Assembly (NCBI GenBank): GCA_030699455.1
Contig: JAUYMN010000017.1
Location: forward strand, 1 to 51,882
Length of the DNA stretch: 51,882 bases
Source of the DNA: Nanobdellota archaeon
GTDB taxonomy: Archaea > Nanobdellota > Nanobdellia > SCGC-AAA011-G17 > UBA489
Reading direction: 5' to 3'
Shown here: piece after piece, positions 37,466 to 45,958 of the stretch
Position numbering within the stretch: the first letter of the stretch is position 1
How the letters are laid out: each line of letters begins with the position of its first letter
Program-made: the position numbers and the translations under genes
Notes under the pieces: generated by a model
Seen by the model: only the letters and a program-made list of their open reading frames with translations
Database searches by the model: none
Told to the model about the DNA's origin: nothing

Positions 37466-39970
37466 ATGCTTACAGATAAAGAGTTGAAAAAGAAGTATTT
37501 GCCTGTTTTCTCAAAGAATCCGGATAAATATTATCCTGTTGGTGTGCTGAAAGGAGAAGGATTCTCCAGATTAAAGTGCAATAAATGCAACAAAATGTTC
37601 TGGGCTACAGACAGTTCAAGAAAATTATGCGGGGATCCTGCATGCAATCCTGAAGAGTCTTTTAGCTTTATTGGAAAAAGCCCTGCAAAAAATAAACTGG
37701 AATATCAGGAAGTTTGGCACAAGTTTTCAAAAATGTTCAGAGACTTAGATTACACACCCATAAAAAGATATCCCATTGTTGCGAGATGGAATCCAACTAT
37801 GGAGTTCACCAATGCTTCCATTGCTGCATTTCAGCCTTATGTTGTTAGCGGTGAAGCAAGCCCACCTGCAAATCCGCTTGTTATTCCACAATTTTGTTTC
37901 AGAACTGTTGACATTGATAACGTTGGCATAAGTGGAGCACATAATACTGTCTTCAACATGATAGGGCAGCACCAATTTATTGAAAAAAGCAAATGGAACC
38001 AGGAAAAAGTCTTCAGAGATATACATAAATGGCTAAAAAATGGGATTGGTTTGAAAAATGAAGATATTACTTTTCATGAGGACGCTTGGGCAGGCGGTGG
38101 CAATCTTGGATGCTGCATGGAATTTTTTTCAAGAGGGTGTGAAATTGGGAATCAAGTTTATATGCTTTATGAACAAACTGAAAAAGGAATTAATGATCTT
38201 AAACTAAATGTTCTTGACATGGGGATGGGAATGGAAAGAAATGCGTGGTTTTCACAGGGCACAAATACAATTTATGATGCAACATTCCCGCATGTAATGA
38301 AAAAAGTCTTTGGTTCAATCGGATTGAAATTTGACAAGAAAATCATAGAGTGTTATGTGCCTCATGCAGGGCTGTTAAATATTGATGAATCTGATGATAT
38401 AAAACAATCCTGGAAATCTGTTGCTAAAAAAGTTGGTGTTGATGTAACTACATTAAGAGGCACTGTTCTGCCATTGGCAGGAGCATATTCTGTTGCAGAG
38501 CATGCAAGAAGCCTTCTTGTTTTATTGGGTGATGGGGCTCTTCCGAGCAATACGGGGCAGGCATATAACATCAGGGTCATGTTGAGGCGCGCTTTAGGCT
38601 TTATTGATAAGTATAAATGGGATGTTGATTTGAATGAGGTTTGTGAATGGCATGCAAGGGATTTGAAAGTTATTTTTCCTGAATTAAGTGAAAACTTAGA
38701 AGATGTCAAAAAAATTATGGATGTTGAGATTGGCAAGTATAATTCCACCAGACAAAAATCGAAGCAGGTTGTGGAAGCTGTTATCAAAAAAAATGTTAGT
38801 ATCAAAGATTTGATGAGATTATATGATGAAAAAGGCATATCTCCTGAGTTAATTGCTGAAGAAGCAGAAAAATTTGGAGTAAAAATTGAAGTTCCTGATA
38901 ACTTTTATTCTTTAGTTGGTGAGCTGCATGAAAAAACTGAAAAGAAACATGCTATAAAAAGCAAGTTAGGAATCAATCTAAATGATATTGCGGCGACAAA
39001 AGTTGAATATTATGGAGATTACTCAATTAATAAATTTAAAGCCATAGTGATTAAGGTTAGTGGAAATTATGTTATTTTAGACAAAACTTATTTTTATCCA
39101 ACAAGCGGTGGGCAAATTCACGATTTAGGTTCTATTGATGGACATAAAGTTGTAGATGTTATTAAAGAAGGGGATGTTATGGTGCATATAATGGAACATG
39201 AATTTGATATTCCTAAAGATAAAGAGGTTCTTTGCATAATTGATAAAGACAGGAGAGTACAATTAGCACAACACCATACAAGCGCACATATAATCAATGC
39301 TGCTGCTAAAAGAATCTTGGGAAATCATGTAAACCAAGCTGGGGCATACAAACAGGTAGATAAGGCTAGAATTGATATTACACACTATTCTGCCCTAAGT
39401 GAAAAGGAAATATCTATGATTGAGGAAGAAGCTAACAAGATTATAAATGAAAAAATTAACATTAATAAGAGTTTTGTTGAAAGAGGGGAAGCTGAAACAA
39501 AATATGGCGTAGGCATATATCAAGGAGGGGTTGTTCCTGGGAAAATGCTGAGAATTGTTGAAATTCCTGAAGTTGATGTTGAAGCTTGCGGTGGAACTCA
39601 TTTGAATAATACTTCCGAAGCAGTTATGATTAAAATAATAAAAGCAAGTAAGATTAGTGACAGCATAGTTAGGATTGAATATGCTGCAGGAAATGCTGCT
39701 AAAAAAGAATCAAATGTTGAAAGTAAATTGTTGGAAGAGTCTGCAAATATTTTAGGTGTTAACAAAAAAGGTGTGGCAATAAAAGCTTCAGAGGTTTTTA
39801 AGTATTGGAAAGAAACTGTTAAGAAAAATAAAAAAGTTAAAATTGAATACTCTGGTGATGAAGAAGATTTAAGTGATAAAGAAATATTGGAAAAAACTGC
39901 CCATGTTTTGAAAACACAGATAGAACATATTCCTAAAACTTTGAAAAGATTTTTGAAAGAAATTAATTGA
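37466..39970 (+). CDS. alaS: alanine--tRNA ligase (archaeal type)
   Basis: RYPIVARW..FTNASIAAFQP, PPANPL, WAGGGNLG, DMGMGMER, editing HHTSAH..YQGG..EACGGTH. Confidence 0.96.
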   Translation: MLTDKELKKKYLPVFSKNPDKYYPVGVLKGEGFSRLKCNKCNKMFWATDSSRKLCGDPACNPEESFSFIGKSPAKNKLEYQEVWHKFSKMFRDLDYTPIKRYPIVARWNPTMEFTNASIAAFQPYVVSGEASPPANPLVIPQFCFRTVDIDNVGISGAHNTVFNMIGQHQFIEKSKWNQEKVFRDIHKWLKNGIGLKNEDITFHEDAWAGGGNLGCCMEFFSRGCEIGNQVYMLYEQTEKGINDLKLNVLDMGMGMERNAWFSQGTNTIYDATFPHVMKKVFGSIGLKFDKKIIECYVPHAGLLNIDESDDIKQSWKSVAKKVGVDVTTLRGTVLPLAGAYSVAEHARSLLVLLGDGALPSNTGQAYNIRVMLRRALGFIDKYKWDVDLNEVCEWHARDLKVIFPELSENLEDVKKIMDVEIGKYNSTRQKSKQVVEAVIKKNVSIKDLMRLYDEKGISPELIAEEAEKFGVKIEVPDNFYSLVGELHEKTEKKHAIKSKLGINLNDIAATKVEYYGDYSINKFKAIVIKVSGNYVILDKTYFYPTSGGQIHDLGSIDGHKVVDVIKEGDVMVHIMEHEFDIPKDKEVLCIIDKDRRVQLAQHHTSAHIINAAAKRILGNHVNQAGAYKQVDKARIDITHYSALSEKEISMIEEEANKIINEKININKSFVERGEAETKYGVGIYQGGVVPGKMLRIVEIPEVDVEACGGTHLNNTSEAVMIKIIKASKISDSIVRIEYAAGNAAKKESNVESKLLEESANILGVNKKGVAIKASEVFKYWKETVKKNKKVKIEYSGDEEDLSDKEILEKTAHVLKTQIEHIPKTLKRFLKEIN

Positions 39971-40065
39971 GAAAACTGTCTGCATTGATATTTAAATCTG
40001 GATTATTACCTGCAGATTAAGGAATATTGTAATCATGATTAAACTTGCTTTTATGATATATGCAA

Positions 40066-42645
40066 CTATTCCAAAACTATTGCAGGCTTTCCAGGGATTG
40101 CATTCTGCGCCTTTTGGTGTTTAGACGTCTCTGATGTCTCTACTGTTATTTTAAGGCCTGTTTCATCTTCTAGGGATTTTTTATTTTTTTTCAAAATATC
40201 TATTTCTTCCTTTTGTGTGAAAGAAATGTTGATGTTAATATTTCTTTTTGTGTAAGAATGTATTATTTTCATTCCTTCCTGCATGTGTGATTTATCTTTA
40301 ATTGCTTTTGTTATTTCTTTTATATCCATTGAATTTGCTTTTTTTATATCTTTAAAGAAATCATATTTCCATTTGTTTGATACAATTAATGCTGCTTTTG
40401 TGGGTTTTATTTTTATTAAATTTTTAATTTCTTCAATATCTGATTTTACTTTGGATATTAAATTGTCTTCTTCTTCAATCTTTATATCAATCTTTGATTT
40501 GTCTAATTTTGGCCAACTTTCTAATGAAATAAAACCTTTATTTCCTGTTTTTTCCCAAAGTTCTTCTGCTAAATGCGGACAGAATGGAGATATTAATTTT
40601 ATTAAGGAGTTTAAATCATCTTTTGAAATATTTTCTTCTAATTCAGAAATAACATTTCTTATTGCTATTGTTGCATGATCATATCTAAATGATTCAATAG
40701 ATTCTGTTATTTTTTGTATTGCAATGTTGATTTTATGCTGTGTTCTCTTTGAGGATTTGCCTATTTTTACTGTGGTTATGCAATCATAAAATTTTCTTAA
40801 GAATTTGTGACTCCCATCTATGCCATTTTTATTCCAGTCTCTGTCTTTATCAGGGGATGCTAGTGACAATAGAAAGAATCTTGCTGAATCAATCCCATAC
40901 TCTTTAGATACTTCTTCAGGGAGAACAACCTTGCCTGTGGATTTGGACATTTTTTCTCCCCCTTCGCCGTGAAGCATTCCATGGTTGAATAGCTTAACTG
41001 CCGGTTCATCAAATTTTAATAATCCAATATCTCTTAGGAATTTAGTGTAAAATCTAAAGTAAATCAGATGCATACATGCGTGTTCTTTTCCACCAATGTA
41101 AACATCTACAGGACACCAATAGTTTGCATTTTCTTTTTTAAAAATATTATTTTTGTTTTTTGGATCAGTATATCTTAAGAAATACCATGATGAATTGACA
41201 AAAGTGTCCATTGTATCTGTTTCTCTTTCTGCTTTGCCTTTGCATTTGGGACATTTTACTTCAAGGAATTTTTTATTGTTTAATAATGGATTTTTTGTTC
41301 CTGTGAATTTAATGTTGTCTGGAAGGATAATTGGGATATCATTATTTGGTACTGGACCGCAATTTTTACAATTGATTATTGGAATTGGTGTGCCCCAAAA
41401 TCTTTGCCTTGAAATTAACCAATCTCTCAATCTGAATGTTATTGTTGACTTTCCAAGCTTCTTAGATTTTAGATAATCTGTTATCTTTTCTTTTGCTTTT
41501 GCTGAGTTTAAACCATTAAATTTATCTGAATTAATTAATATTCCTTCTCCAGTGTATGCTTGGTTTGTTATCTTTTCTTTTGATTGTATTACCTGCTTAA
41601 TTGGAATGTTATACTTTTTTGCAAATTCAAAATCTCTTTGATCATGTGCTGGTACAGCCATAACCATCCCAGAGCCATAATCTGCCAATACAAAGTTTCC
41701 TGCATAAATTGGGATTCTTTCATGTGTTAATGGATGTGTTGCATAACTACCTGTGAAAACACCCTCCTTGGTTAGCATATCTTCCTCGCTTGTAGAATGT
41801 ATGTTTTTAATGAAGCTTTCAACTTTTGATTGTTGTTCTTTTGTTGTTATTTCTTTAAGCCTTGGGTGCTGTGCGGATATCACCAAAAAAGTAACACCAA
41901 ACAATGTGTCTGGTCTTGTTGTGAAAACTTTCCAGTCTTCATTATTTATACTAAAGATTATTTCTGTTCCGTGGCTCTTTCCTATCCAGTTTTTTTGAAG
42001 CTTTTTTATTAATTCCGGCCATTCTTTTAATTTATCTATATTTTCATATAATTCATCTGCATAATTTGTTATTTTTAGAAACCATTGTTCTAAGTTTTTT
42101 ATCTGCACTTCTGTTTCTTCATGTCTCCAACATCTGCCATTATTAACTTGTTCATTAGCTAATACTGTGTCACATTTAGGACACCAATTAACCGGAGATT
42201 TTTTCTTATATGCTAATCCTCTTTTGAACATTTCCAAGAATATCCACTGATCCCACTTGTAATATTCTGGTTTGTGAACTTGTATCATTCTTGACCAGTC
42301 ATAGCTTAAACCAATCGCCTTCTGTTGTTTTATGTAATTCTTTATTGCATCATCTGTAAACTTTTTTGGATGTGATTTTGCTTTTATTGCTGCATTTTCT
42401 GCCGGCAATCCAAATGAATCATACCCCATTGGGTACAAGACATTAAATCCCGACATTCGCTTGAATCTTGCATATATGTCCCCTACCGTGTAGTTGAATG
42501 CATGACCCATATGCAGTCCTAATCCTGAAGGGTATGGGAACATCTCCAGAACATAGAATTTTTTCCTTGAGTTTTTTTTTATGTTAAAAATTTTCTTTTC
42601 TTCCCATCTTTTCTGCCATTTTTTTGCTATTTTATTAAGATCCAT
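40066..42645 (-). CDS. leuS: leucine--tRNA ligase, bacterial-type core with archaeal-type C-terminal domain
   Basis: LEMFPYPSG.GLHMGH, DSFGLPAENAAI, VFTTRPDTLFG, RDWLISRQRFWGTPIP, GGKEHACMHL, KMSKS; ends KAQNAIPGKPAIVLE. Confidence 0.96.
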   Translation of the reverse strand: MDLNKIAKKWQKRWEEKKIFNIKKNSRKKFYVLEMFPYPSGLGLHMGHAFNYTVGDIYARFKRMSGFNVLYPMGYDSFGLPAENAAIKAKSHPKKFTDDAIKNYIKQQKAIGLSYDWSRMIQVHKPEYYKWDQWIFLEMFKRGLAYKKKSPVNWCPKCDTVLANEQVNNGRCWRHEETEVQIKNLEQWFLKITNYADELYENIDKLKEWPELIKKLQKNWIGKSHGTEIIFSINNEDWKVFTTRPDTLFGVTFLVISAQHPRLKEITTKEQQSKVESFIKNIHSTSEEDMLTKEGVFTGSYATHPLTHERIPIYAGNFVLADYGSGMVMAVPAHDQRDFEFAKKYNIPIKQVIQSKEKITNQAYTGEGILINSDKFNGLNSAKAKEKITDYLKSKKLGKSTITFRLRDWLISRQRFWGTPIPIINCKNCGPVPNNDIPIILPDNIKFTGTKNPLLNNKKFLEVKCPKCKGKAERETDTMDTFVNSSWYFLRYTDPKNKNNIFKKENANYWCPVDVYIGGKEHACMHLIYFRFYTKFLRDIGLLKFDEPAVKLFNHGMLHGEGGEKMSKSTGKVVLPEEVSKEYGIDSARFFLLSLASPDKDRDWNKNGIDGSHKFLRKFYDCITTVKIGKSSKRTQHKINIAIQKITESIESFRYDHATIAIRNVISELEENISKDDLNSLIKLISPFCPHLAEELWEKTGNKGFISLESWPKLDKSKIDIKIEEEDNLISKVKSDIEEIKNLIKIKPTKAALIVSNKWKYDFFKDIKKANSMDIKEITKAIKDKSHMQEGMKIIHSYTKRNININISFTQKEEIDILKKNKKSLEDETGLKITVETSETSKHQKAQNAIPGKPAIVLE

Positions 42646-42668
42646 GGTGTTTTTTATAGCAACCGTAT

Positions 42669-43745
42669 TTAAAAACTTTTAGAGAAGTGCATTGCTGCAT
42701 TAGCGGGTACTAAGAGAGTTATTTTCTTAACAACCTCTTTTCTGAGCTTAAAACTATCTGCCCATTTGGCATAAGCATTCCAGCCATAAAAACTTTCAAG
42801 TATCTTATCTTTGTTTATTTCTTTATTCTTATATTCCTTAACTTTATTTAGTATGCTTCTAATATTTCTTTTTCTTAAAAGCTTATGATAATAAAAAGTT
42901 CTGAATCCAACAAAATCAATCCCTCTTGAAAGGGAAATTATTCTTGATTTATCTGGGTGTAATTCAATCATTAATTTATCAATTAGAAACTCTTTTATTT
43001 TAGACTCCAAAATTTTTAGCTGTTGTCTTGATTTGTGCAAGATAACAAAATCGTCAACATATCTGATATAATGTTTTACCTTTAATCTATGTTTTACAAA
43101 ATAATCCAGCTCGTTAAGATAGACATTAGCAAAGAATTGTGATGTTAGATTTCCAAGAGGCATTCCTTTTTCAGAAAAACTCTTTTGCTGGATTTTATTT
43201 GAGCCATTCTTCAAAATTTTTTTAATGAGCCAATTGGCATTTTCATCTTTAATCTTTCTTTGGATTATTTTAATTAAAACTTTGTGATTAACTTCTTGAA
43301 AATAATGTTTTATATCTGCTTTGAAACAAAATGCCTCTTTTCTTAGATTGCAGGTCACCTTTCTCTTGAATAAATTAAACCTTTTTAATGCAAATAAATT
43401 TCCTTTTCCTATTCGGTTTGCACAAGAATCGTAAATAAAACTTTTATCAAAAATTGGTTCAATTACTTTAATTAATGCGTGATGCACTACTCTATCTCTG
43501 AATGCAGACTTGCTTATCTTTCTAGTTTTGGGGTCTCTTAGAATAAATATCTTCAATGGCTCTGGATTGTAAGTCTTAGCTTCAAGTTCTTCATGCAACT
43601 TAATCAGATTTTCTTGTAAATTTTCTTCAAATTCAATAACATATTCTTTTTTTGTCTTATGCTTTCTTGCTTTTTTATATGCAAAATAAAGATTTTCCAA
43701 TGAAATAATTTTTAAGTAAATCTCATTACAATCATTTTCATCCAT
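42669..43745 (-). CDS. DGR reverse transcriptase
   Basis: FRDRVVHHAL, SCANRIGKG, KADIKHYF, GMPLGNLTSQFFANVYL (DGR-type SQ motif), YIRYVDDF, IDFVGF; 358 aa with no endonuclease domain. Confidence 0.95.
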   Translation of the reverse strand: MDENDCNEIYLKIISLENLYFAYKKARKHKTKKEYVIEFEENLQENLIKLHEELEAKTYNPEPLKIFILRDPKTRKISKSAFRDRVVHHALIKVIEPIFDKSFIYDSCANRIGKGNLFALKRFNLFKRKVTCNLRKEAFCFKADIKHYFQEVNHKVLIKIIQRKIKDENANWLIKKILKNGSNKIQQKSFSEKGMPLGNLTSQFFANVYLNELDYFVKHRLKVKHYIRYVDDFVILHKSRQQLKILESKIKEFLIDKLMIELHPDKSRIISLSRGIDFVGFRTFYYHKLLRKRNIRSILNKVKEYKNKEINKDKILESFYGWNAYAKWADSFKLRKEVVKKITLLVPANAAMHFSKSF

Positions 43746-43778
43746 TTTATTATTAATCTTAAACCCGGGAAAGCCATT

Positions 43779-43865
43779 CCGCGCACAGCGTTGCCGTAGT
43801 TCAGGTACCTGTTGTTGCCATTAAGCCCAGACCTGTTGTCATCATCAATCCTATGAAGCCACGCC
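43779..43865 (-). repeat. DGR template repeat (TR)
   Basis: 87 nt, 78/87 identical to 44213-44299; conceptual translation AWLHRIDDDNRSGLNGNNRYLNYGNAVR, AAC-rich. Confidence 0.95.
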
Positions 43866-44030
43866 ATGCTATAGCCCTCGTTATCATGTATTCACCAAAG
43901 CTTCTCGCGAGTCGCTTTTGTATTTTATGACTTAAAATAAACAATAATGCCTTGATAAAAGGGCGTGTGACCTTTCCTGCTATTCTCCTTAAATAGCATA
44001 CTGCTAAATTCAAATAGCAATAGGGGTAAT
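43866..44030 (-). ncRNA. putative structured 5' region of the DGR template RNA
   Basis: Consecutive hairpins at 44002-44019, 43978-43998, 43921-43939 and 43897-43918; TTTAAA TATA-like box near 44049-44056. Confidence 0.55.
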
Positions 44031-44061
44031 GTTAGGTGGAAGAATATCTTTAAAAAAATTA

Positions 44062-44808
44062 TTATTTTCTGAAAAAAGTTTCCAAGCCTTTTTCGAAATC
44101 TTTTCTTGCTAATTTCGGAACAAATTGTCTGCTATAATTAGCAATGTCTGTAAGGTTAGGTGTGGAAATTATTGAAACAGTCTCGCCACTTCGTGGCTCG
44201 ACACGACGCACCCCGCGCACAGCGATGCCGTAGTCCAGGCACCCGAGGTTGCCATTAAGCCCAGACCTGTTGCCAACATCAAACCTATGAAGCCACGCCT
44301 GTCTTGCAAAAGGTCTCTTCTCTGGATTAGCTAAATAGACAGGCATTTCTTTTACTCCTGTTTCTTTTAAAAATTCTCCATATTCACCTGCTGACCTTCC
44401 AAAAGCAAAGGCTGTTATTTCATCTTCCTCAAATCTATTTGTAGGTATTGAGCTTGCATCTTTAAATTGAACAGAATTAACCAATGATTCTTCTACCTGT
44501 TCTTGAGTTAAATAAAATTCTTCTCCGTTTCTATTACAATTTGCTGCTTCTTCAGCATTAGCCAGTATTGGGGAGTCTCCTACTAAAAATATTCCTTTTT
44601 TAGAAACATACAAAAATCCTTCTTTTGTACGACTCCCATAATTAGCCACACGAGAACCCTCTCCTTGAGCAATCCTTAGTTCCGCAAATTGCTCTAAAGA
44701 AATAATATTATAACCATTAGCCTCAAGCTCTGCTTTTGCTTCATCGAATGGTTTTTCTACATAAGCTGATTCTATTTCTGTTGGCCTTACATCCCGAATT
44801 ATTGTCAT
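44062..44808 (-). CDS. DGR target (variable) protein, probably CLec-like fold, no signal peptide
   Basis: Contains VR encoding AWLHRFDVGNRSGLNGNLGCLDYGIAVRG, followed by ~50 more residues. Confidence 0.9.
   Translation of the reverse strand: MTIIRDVRPTEIESAYVEKPFDEAKAELEANGYNIISLEQFAELRIAQGEGSRVANYGSRTKEGFLYVSKKGIFLVGDSPILANAEEAANCNRNGEEFYLTQEQVEESLVNSVQFKDASSIPTNRFEEDEITAFAFGRSAGEYGEFLKETGVKEMPVYLANPEKRPFARQAWLHRFDVGNRSGLNGNLGCLDYGIAVRGVRRVEPRSGETVSIISTPNLTDIANYSRQFVPKLARKDFEKGLETFFRK
44180..44202 (-). promoter_or_regulatory. DGR homing hairpin downstream of VR/IMH
   Basis: Minus strand GTC-GA-GCCAC-GAA-GTGGC-GA-GAC, 10 nt after the VR end. Confidence 0.75.
44213..44299 (-). repeat. DGR variable repeat (VR)
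   Basis: 9 substitutions versus TR, all at TR A positions (minus strand), changing 8 codons. Confidence 0.95.
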
Positions 44809-45073
44809 ACTCTTATTTTAAAATTTGAAGTTTATAAATGTTTCTATTATGTTCTTATTTAATAGTGGTAATAAAATAAGGATAAATAACATACCATATT
44901 ATGGGCGACTGCTTCTAACAAGTTTTATTTAGAAGAGTCTTAGTAAAACTTGACATAACAATTAAGGAAACAGCTAATGCAGATAAAATGGAAAAGCTAA
45001 TCTTTGATTCAAATAACCCAATTTAATATTAGAATAGGCTTCAGAAGATAAAGTTAAAAAACACCATTATATT

Positions 45074-45826
45074 GTGATGTCTATGGGGAATAAGAGATTA
45101 CTGATAATTTGTATATTTTTTGTTGTGATATCTTCATCTTTTGTTGTTTCACAAAATAATTCTGGAGGTGGCTCAAGTTCAAATTCCACTTCCTATGCTG
45201 GTGGCGGATCTTTGCCCGTGATTGCCGATAATAAACATCTCAAAAACCTCTATTTTTCTGAACCTGTAAAATCCATAGATTTCCTGGTAAATAAAACTGT
45301 TTTTGCTGGAAAACCATTCCCCAAAAAAATTGAAAAACTACCTGACAAAATAAATGAAATTAAATCAAAAAATGTTTATTCCTACTTTAATATTGAATCT
45401 GACAAAAAGATAAATGATAATCTAGTATCTGCTGAAATAAAATTTAATGTTAAACGTTTTTGGATAGAAGAAAAAAATGTTGATTTTGAAGATATAACTT
45501 TGTTGATTTATGACAAAAATGGCTGGAGTGATTATGGAATCGATGTTGAATACTTTGGGGAAAACTCTGAAGATTATTTTTATTTAGCGCAGATTCCATA
45601 CTTTTCTTATTTTGCAATCATTGCAGAAAAAATGGCGGTCATTGAAGGGGATGCTTCTGAAAAGAGTTCTGTTGAAGAAATCAGGAATATTACTGAAGAA
45701 AAAATGCCTGAGGATGTTCCCAAGAAAAAATCTTCTGTTTCTTTAGTTATCTTTGGTGTTCTTTTTTTTGTTGTTTTGTATTTGACATATGAATGGTTAA
45801 TGAAGAAAAAAATTCGAAAGGTTTAA
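45074..45826 (+). CDS. PGF-pre-PGF domain surface protein
   Basis: Signal peptide, GGGSS linker, VYSYFNI..AEIKFNVKRFWI..IPYFSYFAI, C-terminal TM and basic tail. Confidence 0.85.
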   Translation: MMSMGNKRLLIICIFFVVISSSFVVSQNNSGGGSSSNSTSYAGGGSLPVIADNKHLKNLYFSEPVKSIDFLVNKTVFAGKPFPKKIEKLPDKINEIKSKNVYSYFNIESDKKINDNLVSAEIKFNVKRFWIEEKNVDFEDITLLIYDKNGWSDYGIDVEYFGENSEDYFYLAQIPYFSYFAIIAEKMAVIEGDASEKSSVEEIRNITEEKMPEDVPKKKSSVSLVIFGVLFFVVLYLTYEWLMKKKIRKV

Positions 45827-45856
45827 AACAATTAGAAATGAATTTTTTTCGTTTAG

Positions 45857-45958
45857 GAGCCCGTAGCTCAGTTTGGATAGAGCGTTTGCCTTCTAGCGTG
45901 GGAAAATATTCCTGTGGAAGTCAGCAAAAGGTCGCAGGTTCAAATCCTGTCGGGCTCG
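45857..45958 (+). tRNA. tRNA-Arg(TCT) with 27-nt canonical intron (45896-45922)
   Basis: Acceptor GAGCCCG/CGGGCTC, TAGCTCAGTTTGGATAGAGC D arm, TTTGC-CTTCTA^A-GCAAA, GCAGG-TTCAAAT-CCTGT; BHB with CTTC/GAAG helix and TAG and TCA bulges. Confidence 0.95.

Larger units (their letters stand above)
42669..44808 (-). mobile_element. diversity-generating retroelement (target gene - RNA leader - TR - RT)
   Basis: DGR-type RT plus an 87-nt TR/VR pair differing only at TR adenines. Confidence 0.95.

Noticed and set aside
42669-43745. Group II intron, retron or CRISPR-associated RT
   Set aside because: No maturase/endonuclease extension, intron domain V, retron VTG motif or cas genes; the SQ motif and the TR/VR pair fit a DGR.
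43801-44013. 70-aa ORF across TR as a possible Avd/accessory protein
   Set aside because: TTG start, too short, no Avd-like helical pattern, and it overlaps TR in a different frame from the VR-equivalent one; better explained as structured RNA, though translation is not excluded.
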